DNA from: Octopus vulgaris
Lineage: Eukaryota
Direction: 5' to 3'
NCBI GenBank assembly: GCA_951406725.2
Contig: OX597828.1
Span: forward strand, 51,832,001-51,896,000
Length of the DNA: 64,000 nucleotides
Shown: positions 55,751 to 64,000 of the stretch, piece by piece
How the letters are laid out: each line of letters begins with the position of its first letter
Position numbering within the stretch: position 1 is the stretch's first letter
Notes under the pieces: generated by a model
Database searches by the model: none
Told to the model about the DNA's origin: nothing
The model's input: only the letters and a program-made list of their open reading frames with translations
Translations under genes and position numbers: made by a program

Positions 55751-57001
55751 GAAATCCGTTGGAAAAAACAAAAACAGAACAGAGGCGGAGCAAAACAAAT
55801 CGAACGAGGCTCCTAAGAGCCCATGGCCAAACTGTTTATCAATGTATGTTGAAAACTGGTGGTGGGTGCGTTGAAGGTTTTGACGGGTCAGGCAGCGGTC
55901 ATTCCGGTGCTTAGATGTTCTTTGTGACCGAGACTAAAGTTCTGACTATTTAAAGAATATTAGGTGTATTATATGGGGCGAGCCAAAATCTACTTAGAAA
56001 CATGTGTGTGTGTACTGTTCTATGTGTTCGTATGTGCGTTTGATCACGTGGCCGTCAGTTGGTAAACAGCCCTACACAATGGTCACTGCTGTAAAATCCG
56101 TCGGGTGGCAGAAAGAAAGTTTTTATGTGTGCGTGTGTTCGTCTAAACCTGCCTTGTCAAAGAAACCCCCCGTCGTCAAGACAAACCCCCATTCGTCTCC
56201 CAGGAGTAATTCTCCTTGCAATGGTTAATCATATTTCTCTTAAAAGTTATTCAGAATTTATATCCAAGGGCTATTTTCATATAAGTAGTGTAACCGGGTG
56301 CAGGTATTATTTATAAGCGTTATTTATAAGCTAGATAAGTATAACGCCGCCAGTGGGGGCATCGAAAAGCCGACTGTAAAAGTCCGTTTACCATCCGGTC
56401 TCTGGCGAATAATATATGGAAGAGTTCTGAGACACAAAGGTTGCACTTCCTTCTGCCCCTGTGAAAATTGACCTGGAATGGTCAATTTTGTCGGTGGCCC
56501 TCCCATTTGACAGAGAAATATGATTAACCATTGCAAGGAGAATTACTCCTGGGAGACGAATGGGGGTTTGTCTTGACGACGGGGGGTTTCTTTGACAAGG
56601 CAGGTTTAGACGAACACACGCACACATAAAAAATCTCTTTCTGCCACCCGATGGATTTTACAGCAGTGACCATTGTGTAGGGCTGTTTACCAACTGACGG
56701 CCACGTGATCAAACGCACATACGAACACATAGAACAGTACACACACGCATGTTTCTAAGTAGATTTTGGCTCGCCCCATATAATACACCTAATATTCTTT
56801 AAATAGTCAGAACTTTAGTCTCGGTCACAAAGAACATCTAAGCACCGGAATGACCGCTGCCTGACCCGTCAAAACCTTCAACGCACCCACCACCAGTTTT
56901 CAACATACATTGATAAACAGTTTGGCCATGGGCTCTTAGGAGCCTCGTTCGATTTGATTTGCTCCGCCTCTGTTCTGTTTTTGTTTTTTCCAACGGATTT
57001 C

Positions 57002-57097
57002 CTATTTCTTCCTGAAGAGAAAGACACAATATGGTCTCCTTATTCAATCGGAATTTGGTAAATTGTGCCTTTCGAAACACGTGTAGAATGCAATAAA
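57002..57097 (+). ncRNA. Type I hammerhead ribozyme in right arm
   Basis: CTGAAGA (57012-57018), stem II GAAAGaCACAAT/ATTGTGcCTTTC, GAAA (57074-57077), palindrome CACGTG, GUA triplet ending at 57085, stem I ttc/gaa, AATAAA at 57092. Confidence 0.82.
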
Positions 57098-57143
57098 ACG
57101 ATTTCTGTTCAATCTTCGTTCAACTCCATTTCTTCAATTCACT

Positions 57144-57212
<69 letters not shown>

Positions 57213-57507
57213 TATATATATGTATATATATACATATATATACGTATATATGTCGCTATTAGTTGATACATTGTGGAAGGAATTTCTCATAGCAGATGTC
57301 TCACATGCTTCTCTGACATGTACATAGAATTTTCAAATCTTATGCATACCTCACACAAATATTAGTTCTACATACCACCTACTGTGTCTATCCGTGCGTG
57401 TGCATGCCTGCAATTTGATAACACCTCCTTACTAATTAAATACCAGCTAAAGAAAGTGGATATCTCTCAAGCACTTATGTTATGTAGACCTAAGTTATGT
57501 ATATATT

Positions 57508-57540
<33 letters not shown>

Positions 57541-57741
57541 ATGTGTATGTGTGTGTGTATCGTGTGTATCGGTGGCGATTTTCTTGCTCCGTCTTCCCTT
57601 TTGACTTTTCTCTATTTCTGAAGAAGCCTCTTTCCTTCCTTCCTGAGCGTCTGATAATAGAGTACTTGTACCATGTCCTCACGTTATTGTTCTTTTCTTG
57701 TTTGTTATATGTATACTTACATTTAGACATACATAGAAACA

Positions 57742-57844
<103 letters not shown>

Positions 57845-57889
57845 ATACATATATATATATATGCATAGATAGACAGACAGACAGACTGC

Positions 57890-57960
<71 letters not shown>

Positions 57961-60210
57961 ACAGACAGACAGATAGATAGAGATGCAAATGTTTGGTTAA
58001 TGAGAAAGACCGAGAATGTTTATTGATCACTACAATCGTTTCGACTTATATAACATCGATCTCTCACGCGTGGAATATATATATACGTGTGTGTGTTTGT
58101 GCTGTGCGTGTGTTTATGTATATATATGTATATATAGATATGTGTGTGTTTGTTTGTTTATAGAAGTGTGTGCATAAATACATTGCAATGCTTTATATAT
58201 AATCTCCATTTTCCTCTAAAGCCAATGTGTGACGAATCAATCTCGTAATAAATATTACGTTACCTCTGCCTCACGTCATGGACGCATCTCTCTCCCTCTT
58301 TTTGTTCCTCTCCCCTTGTCACTCCTCACCTTATTTTCTTTTTTCTCTCTCCTTTTCCTTTCTTATCTCTTTCCATTCAACTAATCACGTTAAAGCGTTA
58401 TAATTACATTCCCTCTACCTTACGTCATGGACGCTTCTCTCTCTCTCTCTGCTGCAATCACCTGAAAGCGTCACCGATGGGATAATTAACGGAATGAAAA
58501 GCAGAAGCATTGGAGGATAGTACAATACGATTCAAAATCGTAAGATTGTGGTTTCGATTCTTGGTCCGGGTGGCGTGTTGTGTTCTTGAGTAAAACATTT
58601 CATTTCACGTTTCTCCAGTTCACTCAGCTGCCAAAATGAGAAATTCTGCGGAAAACCGGTCCTTATGGCTCCAGAAGGAAACATTTATTTTATTGTTTCT
58701 ATATAACAGAATACAGTATGATACAATGATATACAGTATAAGTATCCTCATTTTTACTACGATGTAGTGCCGAAGTCTATTAGTGTTACTCTCTTTGAAT
58801 TCAGAATTCACATACCAGTTGCGCGCAGGAAAATAACAATAAATACTTATTATATATCTAATCAAATGATTAGCATCCGCAATTCTAAAATGGACACAAG
58901 ATATTTAAGCTATTCAGTAATTTATCATTTAAAACAATGTTTCATCTATTTGCCATGCTTCACCACCTGGAGACGGTCCTTGAAATATGTGAGTAAATAT
59001 GCATGCTATAATCATTTTACGTAGGTAAATATGGACGATGAAAGAAAATAAAGATGTATTGATAATAAAGAAAAAGTTTGGCAGAGATCTAGGCATGACC
59101 TTCTACGGAATATGGAGAAGTGCAGATTATTCTATGAAGGTAGAGTATACTTTTAATATGAGGACACCAATATATGTTTGTGTATGTGTATTTTTGAGTG
59201 TATGCGTTGACTTTTCAACGTAGATCTATGTTTGTACACGCGTAAGTAATTAAACGCGAAAATGCGTGTTGCTGGAGCCAATGTTGTCCGTTTCTGCACG
59301 TTGGGTACTATCTCATTTACAGATGGAAGTGCCGTAGGAGATGTATATTTTCTTGCTTAAATTTAAGCACAAAATCTAATTTCTAGTACAACATTACGAA
59401 CAGTGCAAAAGTAGATCACAATTTTCCCCAATACACATTAATCCTACTTAACACGTTTATGTTCAGAGTTTCATATTCCAAAGATAACCAAGATATGATT
59501 ACGCTTTGAGAGTGCTTTTTATCTTCTGGACTTGTTATATTTTAGCGGAATGAAAATATGGGCCGTCAGTTAATATATATATATCAAAGATTGAACATGC
59601 TGAATGTTCTTATTGAAAGCTCTTCTGTATTAGGCATGTAAGTTCCTCTTTATAAATATTCACACATGTACATTGATGTGAAATTCGTGAATATTTTTGG
59701 ATTATTCAACTCTCTTTTACTAGGAAATAGTATGGTACTTAAACAGCAGGGATTTGTCTAGGCTGGTGTGATTTACCACGGTAAAAGACAAAGACACTAA
59801 ATTGCAAACTCCATTTTACTGTTCCACTGGAGAACGGCTAAAGATTCGAAAACTTTGAGACAAATCAAGTCCTGTAGTTTAATTTTGAATTAGGAATGCT
59901 GGGCAAAGCTGAGCACTGGCGGGAAGTTTATCTTGTTATGATTTTTCTTTATACGCATGTATTTATATATGTGTATGTATTGATCGCTGTTACTTTTAAA
60001 GATAATCATCCATAAGTGTAATCGTGTGCATGCCAGTACGTACGTCTGTACGAGTGTGTATGCATGTATGTATAGGGAAACTGAGAAAAGTAGCCAATAA
60101 AAAAATTGAACCACCATAAAGAAAAAAGAAGTTATAGATTGGTGACTGAAATCACATTTAAACAATGTTGTAACGAATGTGTATATATGCGCATTTGTGC
60201 ATCTATATAT

Positions 60211-60281
<71 letters not shown>

Positions 60282-60310
60282 ATATGAGACATAGATAGAT
60301 AGATAGATAT

Positions 60311-60380
<70 letters not shown>

Positions 60381-60624
60381 GAACATTCACTTGTATACCA
60401 CTTCAACGTCAAATAGCATTTCATTTTTCATTATATTTTTCATTAATTCTAACATTCACCTGGCGTCCATTTAAAGTATAAATTTTAATTTTATTGTGAA
60501 GCATCTCAATTATTCACACAGCTTATAATTATCCTCTGTATACTCCTTCACTTAACTTTAAGCCCTTATTCCTCGTGAAATGTTCTAAGAAAGCTAGTTT
60601 ATAAACACTTCTTCTTCTCTATAG

Positions 60625-60680
60625 AAATATATGATTTTAAGCTATAAACAAAAGTCTCACGACTACTTCTATCATTTGAG
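60625..60680 (+). other. Candidate 56-nt internal exon (KYMILSYKQKSHDYFYHL)
   Basis: cacttcttcttctctatAG acceptor and GAG|GTAAGT donor; one open frame; no homology recognised. Confidence 0.3.
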
Positions 60681-61760
60681 GTAAGTTATTTAGCATAAGT
60701 CCTAATTTCATTTCGTCTACTTTTCTTACTTAATTTCGTTTCAACTATTTTTCTTACACTTTCTCTCTTAGATAGAGTAAAAACAAACAATTTGAGTGGC
60801 AATATTCGCAGCTGCTCAGCATTATTTTCCGATTTAATAAAGAAAAATATGTCTTAAAATGTCCACAAAATAGTGAAAATTAAATTTATTTCCTAGGGTC
60901 ACCAGCCATGAATAATGCAAAACGTTGAACAGAAACTTCTAACTGTTCAATGTTTTTTCTTTCTTACTTCTTTTTCTCTCTACATTTCGTGTTTACGCTT
61001 TTGTTTATTCGTTCGTTTCAGGATTAATATACATTTTTCACTCTGTCATGGCTTCCTAGTTTTTCACGGACGTTGTAATTAATAAATTTTGTTCTTTTCT
61101 TTACGTTTTGACTTCTGTTAATTTTGTTCTTCATTTAACACACTAATCAAAATTTCCCCTTCATATAATACTGCTTATATCAAACACATTCATCAATTTC
61201 TTCAAACTTTCTAAAATCAATTCGAATATTTGAAATTTATAAACATTACCGACTACTTTTCATATCCTTTGGTTCTGCTTATACAAGCAAACCTTGTAAC
61301 ACCTTCATACATATGACATATTATCAAAACAGGTGATGGGAACATTTTTCGGTATTATTTATTCGTTGTTACACGCGTTTAATCTGCTAATAAGGATTAC
61401 AAAATCGTACAGGTAGGGGAAGCATGTGAGATGTCTCCAATTAGAAATTCTTCACATACAGAATCAAATAATACAATATTTTTACTATTTGATTCTCTGT
61501 CTAAAGAATTTCTGATAGGAAATCTCTTACATGACTTTTACAACATGTAAAATTTTGTAACTCTTATAAGCAAATGAAAAATGTGTAATAGTAAATAAAC
61601 GATGCCAAAATATTTTCCAATCCGATGTTTTAATATTACTACTCTGCAGAAAATATTGTGCATGCATTACACAAATATAATATTTGCATATAGATTTGGA
61701 ATACTTAAATAAGCAGACGTGATTTAAGAGACCACAGCTTGTATTTAACTCTGTCTATAT

Positions 61761-62064
61761 TGTTTGTCCCTCCTCGAGCCACGCCTGACTCATTAGGGCC
61801 GGTTTACCGGTTTCCTTGGCGTATAGGTTCCCCACCTGGACGGGGCGCCGGTCCGTCGCAGGTGAGCTGCAAAATGCAGGAGGAAAGAGTGAGAGAAAGT
61901 TGTGACGAAAGAGTCAGCAGAAGTTCGCCATTACCTTCTGCCGGAGCCGCGTGGGGCTTAGGTGTTTCGCTCATAAACACACACATCACCCAGTCTGAGA
62001 TTCGAACTCGCGATCCCTCGACCGCGTGTCCGCTGCTCTAACCACTAGGCCATGTGCCTCCACA
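61761..62064 (-). mobile_element. Full-length tRNA-derived SINE with V-domain-like 3' part and ~13-bp TSD
   Basis: Minus head ggcacatggcctagtggttagagcagcgg..gagttcgaatctc; cctgcgacggaccggcgccccgtccagg; flanking act(c/t)tgtctatat on both sides. Confidence 0.87.
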
Positions 62065-62692
62065 CTTTGTCTATATAATATCACATAATATGCATTTGGC
62101 ATACACTTCCAACTTTAATAGTAGATAACAAGCATATCACTTTCATTTCTCTGTTTTCTCATTCCACATTCCTTCTTTGATTCAAAGTAATTTTTAATCA
62201 CATGCATTCCTACACTTCCTTAGTATCTTACTTATTTCATGTGTTTCTATCAAGCTTAAAATTTCGAAAAGTTTTGTGAATTCTATTTTTCTATTAGATA
62301 ATGGTTTATATTAAACTTACTTCTTTAAACATGTTAGATCGCACTTGTAACAGCGAACACAAGAGCAATATTTTTACACAATTTTCGCTTCATAAATTCA
62401 TATTTATCCTCCCGTAAATTTATAACAGCTTGTATGTAAGTCGTAATGCTTCACTTTCCAATTAGCTCTCAGGAAAACTTGAAGAGTGGATCTAGGTAAC
62501 GCTGCTACTTCTGTCAGTACTTGAAGCATTGCTGCATGTGCGAGTGTATGTATGTAAGTATATATGTATATACAAATGATTGTATATACGTTTGTATGTT
62601 TATATGTATGTAGGACTGCATGTAAGTACGTATGTTTGTATGTGTGTGAATATATAGATATTTGTGTATATATGTATACATCTATATGTAAT

Positions 62693-63150
62693 CTAAATAG
62701 AGACTTCAAACTTGAAATCTTCAAAGCCACAGTCGAATCAATTCTACTATATGGCTCAGAAACCTGGACGTTATCAAAGAAGCTTGAGAGGTGGTTGGAT
62801 GGAACCTACACTCGCCTCCTTATGAAAGCTCAAAATCTCTCGTGGAAGCGCCATCCAACCAAAATGCAAATATCTGGGAAACTACCACCTGTGTCATCTC
62901 TTGTGAAAGGTAAGAGAGTCCAGTTTGCTAGACATTGTTGTAGAGCTGAAAAAGAGGTAATTTCTACTCTTCTCCTCTGGAAGCCATCTACTCGCAATAC
63001 CAGAGGGCGCACACTCTCCTACCCTGATGTAATCTCCAGGGATACAGGCATCCAGCAACAGGACCTCCGTAATGCCATGATGGACCGTGAAGTCTGGCGT
63101 AGCATGGTAAATTCCATTGTCTCGACCACGGTCGAACAATGATGATGATG
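62693..63150 (+). mobile_element. 5'-truncated RTE-group LINE 3' end with (GAT)n tail and 9-bp TSD
   Basis: KLEIFKATVESILLYGSETWTLSK..LDGTYTRLL..SWKRH..DREVWR; tail gatgatgatg; atatgtaat at 62684-62692 and 63151-63159. Confidence 0.9.
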
Positions 63151-64000
63151 ATATGTAATTAAGCATGTATATTTATATCAGTATACAAGTGTGTGTATGT
63201 GTATATATATGTATGTGTATGTGTGTGCATGTTTGTGCGTATCTATTTTTGTGTATATGTCTGTGTGTTTGTAAAGTATTATGTAGACCTAAGATGATAC
63301 ATCACGAATGAAAGCCATCTATTCCGGTCATGACTAGTTAAATCTGTTGCTCAAACATAAAGTATATCTTGGTCTACTAGTGTACAATTTGTAATATCGT
63401 AATACCTACTTTACTTATAAGACGGTGGAGTTGATTTGAGGAAGATTAGGGTTCTATTTCTAAAATGTCGAACGACCAATGAATTGCTAAGTGTTAGGAT
63501 ATAGACTAGCTTTATTCCTCATTACCACCACCACCACCACTACCACCACCACCACTACCACCACCACCACTACCACCACCACCAAAAAGGAAAATATTGC
63601 TATTAATAACAACAAAATGCGAGATTACAAAGCAAATTACAATCATACATACCCAAATATACTAAAAAAAAATACACACAGATCAAACATACACATACGC
63701 ACATATACATACATATATACATACATGTATACATATACAGTTAAGCAAATGCGCAGAAAACGACGTATAGAACAGCAGAATACAGAGGAATGCAAAACAC
63801 CTCAATATTTATATACACAAGAGATAATTGGATCGTTCAATAGATGGATATAAGATTAGGCAGTTTAGTAGCCGGATGGTCAGATAGAGATGTATGCAGA
63901 GTGACAGAGGGACCAATATATATATATATATTGGTCCCTCAATCACTCTGCATACGTCTATATGTGGCCATCCGGCTACTAAACACACACACACACACAC

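Larger units (their letters stand above)
55601..57151. mobile_element. Young inverted repeat: 640-bp arms (55601-56240 and 56512-57151) with 271-bp spacer; probable non-autonomous Penelope-type insertion with inversion
   Basis: Arms are reverse complements with no net indel (outer and inner coordinates both sum to 112752) and only a handful of substitutions; right arm runs into (TA)n. Confidence 0.92.

Noticed and set aside
55672-57080. Paired near-identical ORFs (MFRKAQFTKF.., MCACVRLNLP..)
   Set aside because: A by-product of the inverted repeat; no recognisable domain.

Overview
AT-rich, microsatellite-saturated eukaryotic (animal) DNA. The SINE repertoire and repeat density resemble an octopus/coleoid cephalopod genome (inference). 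No intact protein-coding gene is recognisable; nearly all supplied ORFs are translations of simple repeats. The window is mostly retroelement debris: (1) several 5'-truncated RLE-type LINEs (R4/Dong-like; CCHC knuckle plus PD-(D/E)xK nuclease) sitting in (TAA)n tracts, including a young head-to-head pair at 10.9-13.1 kb; (2) a decayed Penelope-like element (zinc knuckle plus GIY-YIG) and many Penelope-type pLTR fragments in (TA)n tracts; (3) CR1-like and RTE-like LINE 3' ends; (4) at least four tRNA-derived SINE families, some nested or tandem; (5) mariner and Tigger-like DNA transposon remnants. The most notable signal is a family of type I hammerhead-ribozyme cassettes with a long co-varying stem II and a palindromic stem III (CATATG/CACGTG). 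They occur as two ~165-bp solo units in (TA)n (25.0 kb +, 25.85 kb -) and as two copies in the arms of a young 640-bp inverted repeat (55601-57151). Two short splice-site-bounded candidate exons are noted at low confidence.
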